Source: Pseudomonadota bacterium
Lineage (GTDB): Bacteria > Pseudomonadota > Gammaproteobacteria > Burkholderiales > Methylophilaceae
NCBI GenBank assembly: GCA_041172285.1
Contig: JBEDKJ010000021.1
Coordinates: 5,093-69,092 of the forward strand
DNA length: 64,000 nucleotides
Direction of reading: 5' to 3'
The position numbers and the translations under genes are program-made. Shown here piece after piece: positions 47,995 through 60,322 of this stretch. The notes below the pieces were generated by a model. That model did no database searches. It saw only the letters and a list, made by a program, of their open reading frames with translations, and was not told where the DNA came from. Each line of letters begins with the position of its first letter. Within the stretch, counting starts at the first letter, position 1.

Positions 47995-50267
47995 CTGGCG
48001 GTGGCCATGGAGGCAGGCGCGCCTGCTTGGTCGTGGCTAAACACCAGGCGCACTTGCTCATGCTCGTCTATGTCTACGTGCACCGCACCACCGTTAGCCA
48101 ATTGACCAAACAGCAATTCATCGGCCAAGGCCTTGCGTATGGTGTCTTGGATTAATCGGGCCATTGGCCTAGCGCCCATTAAGGGGTCAAAGCCTTTTTT
48201 ACCCAAGTAGGCTTTTAGCGCATCACTGAAAGTGGCCTCGACTTTTTTGTCGTGCAATTGGTCTTCGAGCTGAATCAAGAATTTATCCACCACGCGAATA
48301 ATGATGTCTTGCGACAGGGGCGCAAAGGACACCGTGGCATCCAAGCGGTTGCGGAATTCCGGCGAGAATAAACGTTTGATGTCTGCTTGCTCATCGCCTG
48401 CTTGCTTGGCGCTGGTAAAGCCTATATTGGTTTTGGATAGGCTCTCGGCACCGGCGTTGGTGGTCATGATGATGGTGGCATTTCTAAAGTCGGCTTTGCG
48501 ACCGTTATTGTCGGTCAAGGTACCGTGGTCCATCACCTGTAACAGCACATTAAAAATATCCGGATGGGCTTTCTCAATTTCGTCTAGCAATATCACGCAG
48601 TAGGGGTGTTTGTTGACCGCTTCGGTCATCAAACCGCCTTGTTCAAAGCCTACGTAACCAGGCGGCGCGCCTATGAGGCGTGAAACGGCATGGCGCTCCA
48701 TGTATTCACTCATGTCAAAGCGTATTAACTCTATGCCCATGATGTAGGCCAATTGCTTGGCCACTTCGGTTTTGCCGACACCGGTTGGACCGCTGAACAA
48801 GAAATTGCCTATGGGTTTATTGGTTTGACCTAGGCCGCTGCGCGCCATTTTTACGGCTGAACTTAGTACCTCTATGGCTTTATCTTGACCAAACACGACG
48901 GCTTTCAAATCGCGCTCTAAGGTCTTGAGTGCGCTGCGGTCATCGCTGGAAATGTTCTTGGGCGGAATGCGCGCAATTTTGGCGATGATGTCTTCTATTT
49001 CTTTGTTGCCTATGACTTTCTTTTGTTTGGATTTAGGCAATACGCGTTGGGCCGCACCGGCCTCATCGATCACGTCTATGGCTTTGTCCGGAAGGTGGCG
49101 GTCGTTGATGTATTTGGCCGACAATTCCGCTGCCGTGGTCAAGGCGCTGCTGGCGTACTTAACTTTATGGTGCGCCTCAAAGCGGGATTTTAAACCTTTT
49201 AAAATTTCTATGGTTTCGGCCACGCTGGGCTCGGCCACGTCAATTTTTTGGAAGCGACGGGTAAGGGCGTGGTCTTTCTCAAACACGCCACGGTACTCTT
49301 GGTAAGTGGTGGCGCCTATGCATTTTAAGGTGCCGTTGGATAAAGCCGGTTTCAATAAATTGCTGGCGTCCATGCTGCCGCCGCTGGCTGAGCCGGCGCC
49401 TATAAGCGTGTGGATTTCATCTATGAATAATATCGCCTCTGGGTTTTCGGCCAATTGTTTCATCACTGCTTTTAGGCGTTGTTCAAAGTCACCGCGGTAT
49501 TTGGTGCCAGCTAATAAGGCGCCCATGTCTAGGGAGTAGACGGTGGCATTAGCTAACACCTCGGGGATGTCTTTTTCCACGATGCGGCGTGCCAAGCCTT
49601 CGGCGATGGCGGTTTTGCCGACACCGGCTTCGCCCACCAGCAAGGGGTTGTTTTTGCGGCGACGGCAAAGGGTTTGCACCACTCTTTCCAATTCCGGACC
49701 ACGGCCTATCAGCGGGTCAATTTTACCGGCCGCCACTTGCGCATTTAGGTTTTGCGCGTAATTGTCTAAGGCGCCATTGGGCGTGGCTTCGGCTTCCGTT
49801 TCTTGCTCGGCCCCTTCGGTTTTGGCCGTCTCGGCCACTTTTGATACGCCGTGCGAAATGAAATTGACCACGTCTAAACGGGTCACACCTTGCTGCTGCA
49901 AGAAAAACACCGCATGCGATTCTTTTTCCCCAAAGATCGCCACCAATACATTGGCGCCGGTCACTTCTTTTTTGCCCGACGATTGCACGTGCAACATGGC
50001 ACGTTGGATGACGCGCTGAAAACCTAAGGTGGGTTGGGTGTCGACTTCTTCTTCGCCATTCACTGTGGGCGTGTGCTCTTCTATGTATTGATTGAGTTCG
50101 CCACGCAGAATTTCCAATTTGGCTCCGCAAGCACGCATCACATCGGCTGCGGTTGGGTTGTCTATCATGGCCAGCAGTAAGTGCTCGACGGTAATCAGCT
50201 CATGACGCTTTTGCCTAGCGTCCATAAACGCCATGTGTAGGCTAACTTCTAGTTCTTGAGCAATCAT
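47991..50267 (-). CDS. clpA: ATP-dependent Clp protease ATP-binding subunit ClpA
   Basis: Two AAA+ modules ([16 protein letters not shown]); FQRVIQRA; 758 aa; downstream of clpS. Confidence 0.97.
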   Translation of the reverse strand: MIAQELEVSLHMAFMDARQKRHELITVEHLLLAMIDNPTAADVMRACGAKLEILRGELNQYIEEHTPTVNGEEEVDTQPTLGFQRVIQRAMLHVQSSGKKEVTGANVLVAIFGEKESHAVFFLQQQGVTRLDVVNFISHGVSKVAETAKTEGAEQETEAEATPNGALDNYAQNLNAQVAAGKIDPLIGRGPELERVVQTLCRRRKNNPLLVGEAGVGKTAIAEGLARRIVEKDIPEVLANATVYSLDMGALLAGTKYRGDFEQRLKAVMKQLAENPEAILFIDEIHTLIGAGSASGGSMDASNLLKPALSNGTLKCIGATTYQEYRGVFEKDHALTRRFQKIDVAEPSVAETIEILKGLKSRFEAHHKVKYASSALTTAAELSAKYINDRHLPDKAIDVIDEAGAAQRVLPKSKQKKVIGNKEIEDIIAKIARIPPKNISSDDRSALKTLERDLKAVVFGQDKAIEVLSSAVKMARSGLGQTNKPIGNFLFSGPTGVGKTEVAKQLAYIMGIELIRFDMSEYMERHAVSRLIGAPPGYVGFEQGGLMTEAVNKHPYCVILLDEIEKAHPDIFNVLLQVMDHGTLTDNNGRKADFRNATIIMTTNAGAESLSKTNIGFTSAKQAGDEQADIKRLFSPEFRNRLDATVSFAPLSQDIIIRVVDKFLIQLEDQLHDKKVEATFSDALKAYLGKKGFDPLMGARPMARLIQDTIRKALADELLFGQLANGGAVHVDIDEHEQVRLVFSHDQAGAPASMATAS

Positions 50268-50307
50268 CGGGTGTCCTAGCTTTATTTAATAAAATTCAAA
50301 TTGGGGT

Positions 50308-50613
50308 TTAGACCGGTTCAATAGTGCATTGCAATGGGTGTTGCGCTTGTTTGGCAGCCTGTTGCACTTGATGCATTTTTGTTTCGGCGATGTCTTGTGG
50401 GTATAAACCACAAACGCCAACGCCTTCAGTGTGAACTTGGAGCATGATTTTCGTTGCTTGTTCACGACTTTTGTTAAAAAACTGCGTGAGGCAATCCACA
50501 ACAAACTCCATGGGCGTGTAATCGTCATTTAAAAGCAACACCTTATACAGGGGTGGCAGTTTGGTTTTGGCCGGTTTGGTTTTAATCGCCGTGTTATTTG
50601 CGTGTTGCGTCAT
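50308..50613 (-). CDS. clpS: Clp protease adaptor ClpS
   Basis: [30 protein letters not shown]. Confidence 0.97.
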   Translation of the reverse strand: MTQHANNTAIKTKPAKTKLPPLYKVLLLNDDYTPMEFVVDCLTQFFNKSREQATKIMLQVHTEGVGVCGLYPQDIAETKMHQVQQAAKQAQHPLQCTIEPV

Positions 50614-50700
50614 AGGGTTTTATTTTGGCCTAAGCGCTAAAAAATTCAAGTCAAATTTAAGCGCTGGCCAGTTTAATTTGAGCCGACGAGGCGGGCAAGA

Positions 50701-51972
50701 TTAAGGGAAGATTTTAACGCTTTTAACAATGCGATCTTGCGTTTGCACGATCTCTAAGACGTGTTTGCCGACCTTGAAACTGGTATTGGATTCTGGGATG
50801 TCTTCAAAATGCTCTATGATTAAGCCATTAATCGTGCGCGGGCCGTCCAGCGGGAATTCCAGTTGCAGTTTTTTGTTTAGCTCGCGTAAGGTGCTGCTGC
50901 CGTCCACCAGCCAACTGCCATCGGCCTCTTTTTTGAAGCCGCCTAATCTGGATGGCGATTGCGTGGTGAAGTCGCCTATCATTTCCTCGAGTATGTCCTC
51001 TAGGGTGATCAAGCCTTTGAATTCACCGTATTCGTCCACCACCAACGCCACCCTTTGTTTTTTTTCTTGAAACTGCTGAATTTGCGTGTACAACGGTGTG
51101 CCAGAAGGAATGAAGTAGGGTTCGCTGATGGCTTCCATCAATGCCGCTTTATCCAGCGACTCGTCTTCGCTGTGGGCACGTAACTGCGACATGATTTTGC
51201 GCAGGTGCAAGATGCCTATCATTTCCTCGTGCTCGCCTTGGTGCACGGGTAAGCGGGTATGTTGGCTGTTGGCAATTTTTTCCAAAATCGCCTCCATGGG
51301 TTCGTCTAAATCTATCGCCTCAACCAAGGTGTGGGCTGTCATCACGTCGTCGACCGTGATGCTTTCTAACTCAAACAAATTTAATAATATGGATTGGTGT
51401 TTCTTCGGCATAAAGTGCCCGGCGTCGGTAACGATGCTGCGCAATTCATCCATGGTTAAGGACTGTGTGCTTTCTTCGAAATTGACGCGGATTTTTAGGA
51501 TGCGCAATAGTGCCCCAACAAACAAATTGATGAACCACACCACCGGGTACAAGACTTTTAGGAGTGGGTAGAGCAAGTAGCTGCAGAATATGCCCAACTT
51601 TTCTGGGTAAGCGGCCGCGATGACTTTGGGTGAAATTTCGCTAAAGACTAAAATGGCAAAGGTCACGGCCAAGGTCCCGGCCATTAACATCCATTCGCCC
51701 TCGCCAAATAGCTCGACGATGATGACCGTGACCAAGGTGGCAGAGGCGGCATTGGCGAAGTTATTGCAAAGCAAAATAACGCCTAACAGTTTGTCGGTTT
51801 TAGCCAGCAGTTTGCTGGCTAGGCGTGCGCCTCGGTGACCTTGTTTGACCAAATGCCGCAAGCGATAACGATTGAGCGACATCAAGCTGGTTTCGGCTAT
51901 AGAAAAAAAGCCAGAAATAACCAGCAGTAGGATTAAGATGCCTAACTGCCAAGAAATAGGGATGTTGTCCAA
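50701..51972 (-). CDS. HlyC/CorC (CNNM) family membrane protein with CBS domains (YfjD-like)
   Basis: GFFSIAET, FSEISPK, CBS pair, VVDEYGE, LEDILEE, CorC C-terminal domain. Confidence 0.9.
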   Translation of the reverse strand: MDNIPISWQLGILILLLVISGFFSIAETSLMSLNRYRLRHLVKQGHRGARLASKLLAKTDKLLGVILLCNNFANAASATLVTVIIVELFGEGEWMLMAGTLAVTFAILVFSEISPKVIAAAYPEKLGIFCSYLLYPLLKVLYPVVWFINLFVGALLRILKIRVNFEESTQSLTMDELRSIVTDAGHFMPKKHQSILLNLFELESITVDDVMTAHTLVEAIDLDEPMEAILEKIANSQHTRLPVHQGEHEEMIGILHLRKIMSQLRAHSEDESLDKAALMEAISEPYFIPSGTPLYTQIQQFQEKKQRVALVVDEYGEFKGLITLEDILEEMIGDFTTQSPSRLGGFKKEADGSWLVDGSSTLRELNKKLQLEFPLDGPRTINGLIIEHFEDIPESNTSFKVGKHVLEIVQTQDRIVKSVKIFP

Positions 51973-52027
51973 TGCGTCTTAGTCGGAGATAAAGTTACAG
52001 TCAGTGTATACGGGGAAGCGGCCAATA

Positions 52028-52057
52028 ATCAAGTGCGACTAGAATGGCGCACTTGAT
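52028..52057 (-). terminator. Probable terminator or stabilising hairpin after secF
   Basis: ATCAAGTGCG-10 nt-CGCACTTGAT perfect 10-bp stem; weak U tail. Confidence 0.55.
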
Positions 52058-52078
52058 GGACTTGGTCTAAGGTTGAAT

Positions 52079-53056
52079 TTAGGCAAAATCGGACGGGTGA
52101 GGCTCAGCCACGTCAATTTTTTTGCCGGCCTTGCTGGCGTCTTCTTTCTTCTCTACGTCGCCGATTAAGTTGGCGCGACTAACGCCCAACCACATGGCAA
52201 TGGGGCAGGCCACCAGCACGGACGAATAAATGCCGAATAAAATACCGATGGTGAGGGCCAAGGCAAAGTTGTGCAGCACTTCACCGCCAAACAGCAGCAT
52301 GGAGCCGACCATGGTTTGCGTCATGGTGTGGGTGATGATGGTGCGTGACATGGTGCGGGTAATGGCATTGTCTATGACTTGCACCACGCTGGCTTTACGC
52401 ATCTTGCGGAAGTTTTCCCGCACGCGGTCAAACACCACCACGGATTCGTTTACCGAGTAACCTAACACGGCCAAAATAGCGGCCAGCACGGTCAAATTGA
52501 ATTCCCATTGGAAAAAGGCGAAAAAGCCTAAGATGATGACCACGTCGTGCATGTTGGCGATGATTGCCGCCACGGCGAAACGCCATTCAAATCGTAACCA
52601 CAAATACAAGACGATGCCTAAGCTGACAAAGAATAGCGCTAAGCCGCCATTTTCATAAAGCTCGTCGCCCACTTGCGCGCCCACTGATTCCACGCGGCGC
52701 ACTTCTGCTTTAGGGTCGGCGCTCACCAAAGCGGTTTTAACTTGTTCCGACAATTGCGACACCGACACACCGGCTTTAACCGGCAATCGTATCAATACAT
52801 CGTGACTGGAACCAAAGTTTTGCACGGTGGCTTCTTTCAGGCCTATGTTGTCGACCGCTTTGCGCACGCTTTCTAAGTTGGCGGCTTGCGGGTAGTTCAC
52901 TTCCATGATGGTGCCGCCGGTGAAGTCCACGCCAAAATTTAAACCACGTGTGGCTAAAAACACCACGGCTAGCAAGAAAGTAATCAAGGAGATGGCCGTC
53001 GTTAAACGGCCGTAGCTCATGAAGGGAATGTCGTTCTTGATTCTAAATAATTCCAT
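52079..53056 (-). CDS. secF: Protein translocase subunit SecF
   Basis: GLNFGVDFTGG, HDV, GYSVNESVVVFDRVRE. Confidence 0.97.
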   Translation of the reverse strand: MELFRIKNDIPFMSYGRLTTAISLITFLLAVVFLATRGLNFGVDFTGGTIMEVNYPQAANLESVRKAVDNIGLKEATVQNFGSSHDVLIRLPVKAGVSVSQLSEQVKTALVSADPKAEVRRVESVGAQVGDELYENGGLALFFVSLGIVLYLWLRFEWRFAVAAIIANMHDVVIILGFFAFFQWEFNLTVLAAILAVLGYSVNESVVVFDRVRENFRKMRKASVVQVIDNAITRTMSRTIITHTMTQTMVGSMLLFGGEVLHNFALALTIGILFGIYSSVLVACPIAMWLGVSRANLIGDVEKKEDASKAGKKIDVAEPHPSDFA

Positions 53057-53089
53057 AATTTTTTACTCTAAAAAATTGAAGCTAAGGCC

Positions 53090-54934
53090 TTAAGCTCGGA
53101 AAATTTGGCCGATGGATAATTGGCTTAATTTGCGGCGATAACCGTACATGAAGTTGACCATGGCACGAGACACCAATACCGCACTGAACATTGAAGTCAG
53201 GATGCCTAACACGTGCACCACGGCAAAGCCTTTAATCGGGCCGGTACCAAACATGAACAAGGCCAAACCGGCAATCAAGGTGGTGACGTTGGAGTCCAGG
53301 ATGGTGTCCCAGGCGCGGTCGTAACCAGCGTGTATGCTGGCTTGCGGCGTGTTGCCGTTGCGCAATTCTTCCCGCACCCGTTCGTTGATCAGCACGTTGG
53401 CGTCAATCGCCATACCCAATGCCAGGGCAATCGCTGCTAAGCCAGGTAAAGTGAGCGTGGCTTGCAACATGGACAGTATGGCCACCAATAGCAGTAAGTT
53501 AATCGCCAGCGCGGCTACCGATACGGCACCAAAGGCCATGTAGTAGACCATCATCATGACGGCAATCGCGGCAAAGCCCCAAAGGGTAGAATGGATGCCG
53601 CGGTTGATGTTGTCTTGCCCCATGCTAGGCCCAACCGTGCGCTCCTCTATGATGTCCATAGGCGCGGCTAAAGCGCCGGCACGAAGCAGCAAGGAAATGT
53701 CGGTGGCTTCTTGGGTATTGGCCATGCCGGAAATTTGCACGCGACCGCCGCCAATTTCTTCATTGATGGTGGGCGCCGTGATGACTTCGGTGCTGCCTTT
53801 TTCTATCAGCAAGATGGCCAAGCGTTTGCCCACGTTTTCCCGCGTCACTTGCTGGAAGATTCGGGCGCCACGGGCATCCAGTGTCACGTTTACAGTATTT
53901 CTGCCGGATTGGCTGTCCACGCCTGGGCCCGCATCGGTAATGTAATCGCCGGTTAATGCCACGCTCTTTTTAACTAAGACCGGTTGACCGTCGCGGTCTT
54001 TAAACACGTCGTCACCAAGCGGGGCTTGGCCGTTGGCGGCTTTTTCTAAGGTGGCTGCGTCGGTTTTATCTTCGTCCACTAGGCGTATTTCTAAGGTGGC
54101 GGTGCGGCCCAATATGTCTTTGGCTTTCGCTGTGTCTTGCACGCCTGGCAATTGCACGACCACGCGGTCGGCGCCTTGTTGTTGAATGATCGGCTCGGCA
54201 ACGCCTAGCTCGTTAATTCGATTGTGCAGGGTTTGAATGTTTTGCTTGATAGCGAAATCTTGTATGCGTTTTTGCTCAACCAAATTCAGCGAGGCCTTTA
54301 ACACGCGCTCGCTACCATTAGACGATTCCGTTAAGGTTAGGTTGGGGTACTCTTTGCTTATGATGGCTTTGGCCTTAAGCAGCTCGGCTTCGTCGTTGAA
54401 GTTGATTTGCACGGTTTCACCATCACGATTCACACCAACGTAAGAGATGCGCTCTTTACGCAAGGCAATGCGAAAATCACCGACAAAACGCTCGGCAGCC
54501 TTGCTTAAAGCCGCTTTCATGTCCACTTGCAACAAGAAGTGCACACCACCGCGTAAGTCCAAGCCTAAGTACATCGGTTTGGCGCCGACGCTGCGCAGCC
54601 AATCCGGTGAACGCGAAAGCAGATTAAGGGCCACGGTGTAATCGCTGCCTAATCTGGCCTGTAACACGTCTTTAGCGCGGATTTGTGTATCGGTATTGGC
54701 GAAGCGAGCCTTCACCCCGCGCGCATCTAAGTAAACGCCATCGTAGTCGATGTTTTCTTGCTTAAACACGCTTTCCACATGACCGAGCAGCGCCGAATCC
54801 AGCTTGGTGGTGCTTTTGGCCGGGGTGATTTGTACCGCAGGCGATTCACCAAAAAAATTGGGAACGGTATACATCAAGCCTATCAATATAACGATGGCAA
54901 CGAAAACATTTTTCCACAGAGGATAGCGGTTCAT
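53090..54934 (-). CDS. secD: Protein translocase subunit SecD
   Basis: LGLDLRGG, RINELGVAEP, LLRAGAL, DANVLINER. Confidence 0.97.
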   Translation of the reverse strand: MNRYPLWKNVFVAIVILIGLMYTVPNFFGESPAVQITPAKSTTKLDSALLGHVESVFKQENIDYDGVYLDARGVKARFANTDTQIRAKDVLQARLGSDYTVALNLLSRSPDWLRSVGAKPMYLGLDLRGGVHFLLQVDMKAALSKAAERFVGDFRIALRKERISYVGVNRDGETVQINFNDEAELLKAKAIISKEYPNLTLTESSNGSERVLKASLNLVEQKRIQDFAIKQNIQTLHNRINELGVAEPIIQQQGADRVVVQLPGVQDTAKAKDILGRTATLEIRLVDEDKTDAATLEKAANGQAPLGDDVFKDRDGQPVLVKKSVALTGDYITDAGPGVDSQSGRNTVNVTLDARGARIFQQVTRENVGKRLAILLIEKGSTEVITAPTINEEIGGGRVQISGMANTQEATDISLLLRAGALAAPMDIIEERTVGPSMGQDNINRGIHSTLWGFAAIAVMMMVYYMAFGAVSVAALAINLLLLVAILSMLQATLTLPGLAAIALALGMAIDANVLINERVREELRNGNTPQASIHAGYDRAWDTILDSNVTTLIAGLALFMFGTGPIKGFAVVHVLGILTSMFSAVLVSRAMVNFMYGYRRKLSQLSIGQIFRA

Positions 54935-54978
54935 AGTCTGGCTCTAGTTGGTAAGGGGTTGGGGGCTAGCGGCTTAAT

Positions 54979-55302
54979 TTACAGGCTCTTAATGGTGCCT
55001 TTAGGTAGGGCGCTTTGCACGGCTTGTTTTTGCACGGTAATTTCCGTGTTTGGGGCAATCTCAATGCTGACAAAGGCTTCGCTCACTTTGCTGATTTTGC
55101 CCACAATGCCACCGCTGGTGATGACTTCGTCGCCTTTCTGCAAGGCGGCTATCATGGCGCGTTGCTCTTTAGCGGCTTTCATCTGCGGACGGATGATCAT
55201 GAAGAAAAATAAAACAAAAATGACAACAAGTGGCAAAAAGCTCATTAATTCGTTGCTGGCACTGGCGCCTGCTGCGTATGCATTGGAAATAAACACGGTC
55301 AT
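54979..55302 (-). CDS. yajC: Preprotein translocase subunit YajC
   Basis: IIRPQ, LQKGDEVITSGG, LPKGT; between tgt and secD. Confidence 0.96.
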   Translation of the reverse strand: MTVFISNAYAAGASASNELMSFLPLVVIFVLFFFMIIRPQMKAAKEQRAMIAALQKGDEVITSGGIVGKISKVSEAFVSIEIAPNTEITVQKQAVQSALPKGTIKSL

Positions 55303-55385
55303 TACCTCATTGATAAATTGCTAGGGTTGGTAAAAATAAGCTGTTGATTTTAACACAGACTGCCGCTAATTGCTGGTATGGCCTC

Positions 55386-56507
<1,122 letters not shown>

Positions 56508-56681
56508 TTAAATTGCTAAGCTGGGTTTAGTTTCAGGGCGGGATAGTATCACAAGGCCAGCCCATACTCATTGTTTGCGTGCACTCAAGTGACCTTGCTC
56601 ACGCATAAAATTAAGCAATCTGTTTTATCAAGTCAGGGTTTGCTATACTTGTGGCCTATTTTTAACACATGGTTACAGCGC

Positions 56682-57479
56682 ATGACCGATGCTAACGAGT
56701 CAATCAAATCCGTAGAGAAGCCCAAGCGACGAGCTGTCGGTGGGCAAAGCTTGGGTGCGCGCGGGATTTATTTGTTACCCAATTTATTCACCTCGGCGGC
56801 CTTATTTGCCGGCTTTTTTGCCATTGTGCAAGCCATGAATGGCCACTTTGAACAAGCCGCCATGGCCATATTTATTGCCATGGTGTTGGACGGTTTGGAT
56901 GGCCGCGTGGCCCGCATGACCAATACGCAAAGTGCCTTTGGCGCCGAGTACGACAGCTTGTCCGACATGGTGTCGTTTGGCGTGGCGCCGGCGCTCATTC
57001 TCTATGTGTGGGCTTTGAAGCCTTTGGGTAAATTAGGCTGGTTGGCGGCTTTCTTGTATTGCGCCTGCGCTGCTTTGCGCTTGGCCAGATTTAACACCAA
57101 ACTGGACGACGATTACCAAGATAAGCGCTATTTTCAAGGCTTGCCCAGTCCAGGCGCCGCTGCTTTGTTGGCTGGCTTTGTTTGGGTTTCATACGAATAC
57201 GGGGTCAGTGGTCGCGACGTGTTTTTTGGTATCTTGCAATGGAAATGGATGGCATGGGGTTTGACGGTTTTTGCCGGCGCGTCCATGGTCACCGATTTGC
57301 GCTATTACAGCGGTAAAGACATCAACCTGAAACGCAGCGTGCCGTTTTTTGTGATTTTGGCCATCATGCTATTGATGGTCTTGGTATCCTATAGCCCACC
57401 GGAAGTGTTGTTTTTTCTGATGGCAGCCTACGCGCTGTCCGGCTACTTGCTTTGGCTGCGCGATAAGCTAAAAAAATAG
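56682..57479 (+). CDS. pssA: CDP-diacylglycerol--serine O-phosphatidyltransferase
   Basis: LPNLFT, DGLDGRVAR...GAEYDSLSD, LRLARFN, FQGLPSP. Start trimmed to MTDAN. Confidence 0.94.
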   Translation: MTDANESIKSVEKPKRRAVGGQSLGARGIYLLPNLFTSAALFAGFFAIVQAMNGHFEQAAMAIFIAMVLDGLDGRVARMTNTQSAFGAEYDSLSDMVSFGVAPALILYVWALKPLGKLGWLAAFLYCACAALRLARFNTKLDDDYQDKRYFQGLPSPGAAALLAGFVWVSYEYGVSGRDVFFGILQWKWMAWGLTVFAGASMVTDLRYYSGKDINLKRSVPFFVILAIMLLMVLVSYSPPEVLFFLMAAYALSGYLLWLRDKLKK

Positions 57480-57516
57480 GCTGATGCATGCAACGCTGAG
57501 GCGGCCATTTTTTTGC

Positions 57517-57545
57517 TTGCGAAACCGACTAAAACCCACTATATT
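57517..57545 (+). promoter_or_regulatory. Putative sigma70 promoter of the leuA leader
   Basis: TTGCGA-17 nt-TATATT. Confidence 0.55.
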
Positions 57546-57554
57546 TCTACCACT

Positions 57555-57674
57555 ATGTTGAATATACCCATTTCAAACACCGCATTTTTTCTGGCTTTAT
57601 TGACCAGTGCCTTGCTATTGCGCAAATTAGCCGCCTTACGCGCTGCTAGCTTACGCACGCCAAAACTGCGCTAG
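57555..57674 (+). CDS. Putative leucine-sensing leader peptide (39 aa, 11 Leu)
   Basis: MLNIPISNTAFFLALLTSALLLRKLAALRAASLRTPKLR*, directly upstream of leuA; too short for the ORF track. Confidence 0.7.
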   Translation: MLNIPISNTAFFLALLTSALLLRKLAALRAASLRTPKLR

Positions 57675-57822
57675 CGCGCAAACTAACCCTCCCCAAACTA
57701 CCGTTATTGTCTTTGTCTTGCATGATAAAAATGCAAGCAGGTGCTATTATTTGAGCTCACGCAAGCGGGCGTCAACGTAGCGAAATTTAGTCAAGAAAAA
57801 ACCAAAAAATTAGGAAACTGTG

Positions 57823-59376
57823 ATGAAACAGGGTAACAAGCAAGCCGATCAAATTATTATTTTTGACACCACTTTGCGCGATGGCGAACAAAGCCCCGGT
57901 GCGGCGATGACCAAAGAAGAGAAAATTCGCATCGCTAGGCAATTGGAAAAATTGGGCGTGAACGTCATAGAAGCAGGCTTTGCCGCTGCCAGCCCAGGCG
58001 ATTTTGAGGCCATTTCTGAAATCGCCAAAATCATTAAGCAGTCCACGGTTTGTTCGCTAGCCCGTGCCAGCGAAAATGACGTGCGTCGCGCCGGTGAAGC
58101 GATTAAGCATGCCGCCAGCGGCCGCATACACACGTTTATTGCGACCAGCAAAATCCACATGGAAAACAAATTGCGCATGAGCGAAGACCAAGTGGTTGAG
58201 CGTGCCGTGCAAGCAGTGAAGTGGGCCTTGGAATACACCAAAGACGTGGAGTTTTCTGCGGAAGACGCGGTGCGTTCGGACATGGACTTTTTGGTGCGGG
58301 TATTTGAGGCGGTGATTGCGGCCGGCGCCACCACCATCAACGTGCCGGACACCGTTGGCTACTCTATTCCAGCACCTTGGGGCGAGCGCATGCGCGATTT
58401 GATTGCGCGCGTTAAAGACAGCGACAAAGTGATCTGGTCTACCCATTGCCATAACGATTTGGGCATGGCCGTGGCTAACTCATTGGCCGCCGTCATGGGT
58501 GGCGCGCGTCAAGTGGAATGCACCATCAACGGCTTAGGCGAACGCGCCGGTAACGCCAGTTTGGAAGAAGTGGTGATGGCATTGCGCACGCGTCGCGATG
58601 TGTTCAACCTTGAGACCAGCATTGATGCCACGCAAATCGTGCCCACCAGCAAATTGGTGTCCACTATCACCGGTTACCCGGTGCAACCAAATAAAGCCAT
58701 CGTCGGCGCTAACGCCTTTTCGCATGAATCCGGCATACACCAAGACGGCGTACTCAAACACCGCGAAACCTATGAAATCATGCGTGCTGAAGACGTGGGC
58801 TGGGGCGCCAATAAATTAACCTTGGGTAAATTGTCTGGGCGCAATGCGTTTAGATCGCGCTTAAAAGAATTGGGCATAGAGTTGGCCACGGAAGATTTAT
58901 TGAACGCCGCGTTTGCCCGTTTTAAAGATTTGGCCGATAAAAAATCGGAAATATTTGACGAAGATTTGCACGCCTTGGTCAGCGATGAATTCTTGTCTGT
59001 GGCCACCGAGCATTTTAAGTTGGTCTACTTGCAAGTGGCGTCGGTGACCGGTGAAGTGCCCCATGCCAGCATCACCTTGTCCGAAAATGGCCAAGAAAAA
59101 CGTGCCGAAGCCAGTGGCGGCGGTCCAGTGGATGCGGCATTCAAGGCCATAGAAAGCATCGCGCAAAGTGAGGCCGAATTGCAGTTGTATTCGGTTAACA
59201 ACATCACCAGTGGCACCGATGCACAAGGTGAAGTGACGGTACGCTTGTCTAAAGGTGGTCGCATTGTTAATGGGCAAGGCGCCGATACCGACATCGTGGT
59301 GGCTTCTGTAAAGGCCTATTTAAATGCGCTAAATAAAATTCAGTCCAAATCGGAGCGGGCTCACCCGCAGGTTTAG
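57823..59376 (+). CDS. leuA: 2-isopropylmalate synthase
   Basis: [34 protein letters not shown], regulatory domain GPVDA. Confidence 0.98.
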   Translation: MKQGNKQADQIIIFDTTLRDGEQSPGAAMTKEEKIRIARQLEKLGVNVIEAGFAAASPGDFEAISEIAKIIKQSTVCSLARASENDVRRAGEAIKHAASGRIHTFIATSKIHMENKLRMSEDQVVERAVQAVKWALEYTKDVEFSAEDAVRSDMDFLVRVFEAVIAAGATTINVPDTVGYSIPAPWGERMRDLIARVKDSDKVIWSTHCHNDLGMAVANSLAAVMGGARQVECTINGLGERAGNASLEEVVMALRTRRDVFNLETSIDATQIVPTSKLVSTITGYPVQPNKAIVGANAFSHESGIHQDGVLKHRETYEIMRAEDVGWGANKLTLGKLSGRNAFRSRLKELGIELATEDLLNAAFARFKDLADKKSEIFDEDLHALVSDEFLSVATEHFKLVYLQVASVTGEVPHASITLSENGQEKRAEASGGGPVDAAFKAIESIAQSEAELQLYSVNNITSGTDAQGEVTVRLSKGGRIVNGQGADTDIVVASVKAYLNALNKIQSKSERAHPQV

Positions 59377-59378
59377 CT

Positions 59379-59408
59379 TGCCAGCAGCGAGCTTATCTCG
59401 CGCTGGCA
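59379..59408 (+). other. Intergenic hairpin between leuA and the EamA gene
   Basis: TGCCAGC-A-GCGAG-CTTAT-CTCGC-GCTGGCA; no U tract, so probably an mRNA-stabilising stem. Confidence 0.5.
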
Positions 59409-59423
59409 GTGAACGCCATTACC

Positions 59424-60299
59424 ATGCACATTAAACAAAAACCCCTGCTGATAGGCTTGTGCCTGTTTTGTACCTATTTTATATGGGGTTCCACTTACCT
59501 GGCGATCCGCTTTGGCATAGAGAGCTTTCCGCCGTTTCTCATGGCGGGCATACGCTTTACCTCGGCGGGCTTAATTTTGTTTGTGCTGATGCGCTACTTA
59601 GGGGCGCCCAATCCAAATCGGCAGCAATGGCTGGGAGCCGGTGTCGTCGGCTTGCTGCTGCCGGCCTTGGGCAACGGCACCGTGTGCTACGTGCAGCAAA
59701 CGGTGTCCTCCAGTGTGGCGGCCTTGGCCATTGCCACGGCGCCGATTTGGATGGCTATTTTTTCCTCTATATGGGGGCACAAAATCACCGCTAGAGAATG
59801 GCTAGGCGTAGCCGTGGGCTTGCTGGGCATAGGCTTGTTGAATCTGGGTGGCAGCTTGCACGGCAATTTGGCTGGCGCGCTCTTGTTGATTTTTGCTGCT
59901 GCTACTTGGTCATTTGGATCGGTATGGAGTAAACGCTTGGCGATGCCGGCCGGCTTCATGGCCAGTGCCGTGCAAATGCTGGTTGGCGGCCTGGCCTTGT
60001 TAGTCATCAGTAGCCTGCAAGGCGAAAGTTGGCCACAGCAAATTAGCCACAAATCCTGGGCAGCCATGCTGTTTTTGGTGGTGTTGGGCTCCTTGGTGGC
60101 GTACAGCGCCTACCAATATTTACTGAACACCGTGCGGCCTTTGGTGGCCAGCAGCAACACCTTTATTAACCCCATAGTGGCCTTTGTGTTGGGCATGCTG
60201 TTTGCCAACGAGCACGTAACTGGCATGGAAGTCACGGCCTTGGCGGTGATATTGGTAGGCGTATTTTTAGTGCTATCCAACCCAAATAAAGAACTTTAA
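59424..60299 (+). CDS. yedA: EamA/DMT family transporter (YedA-like)
   Basis: IWGSTYLAIR, PPFLMAGIRF, GSLVAYSAY, NPIVA; about 10 TM segments. Confidence 0.85.
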   Translation: MHIKQKPLLIGLCLFCTYFIWGSTYLAIRFGIESFPPFLMAGIRFTSAGLILFVLMRYLGAPNPNRQQWLGAGVVGLLLPALGNGTVCYVQQTVSSSVAALAIATAPIWMAIFSSIWGHKITAREWLGVAVGLLGIGLLNLGGSLHGNLAGALLLIFAAATWSFGSVWSKRLAMPAGFMASAVQMLVGGLALLVISSLQGESWPQQISHKSWAAMLFLVVLGSLVAYSAYQYLLNTVRPLVASSNTFINPIVAFVLGMLFANEHVTGMEVTALAVILVGVFLVLSNPNKEL

Positions 60300-60322
60300 A
60301 TTTAACCGTAAAGACGATTGCA

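Noticed and set aside
50286-50528. 80-aa ORF overlapping clpS in another frame
   Set aside because: No SD or motif; clpS fully explains the region.
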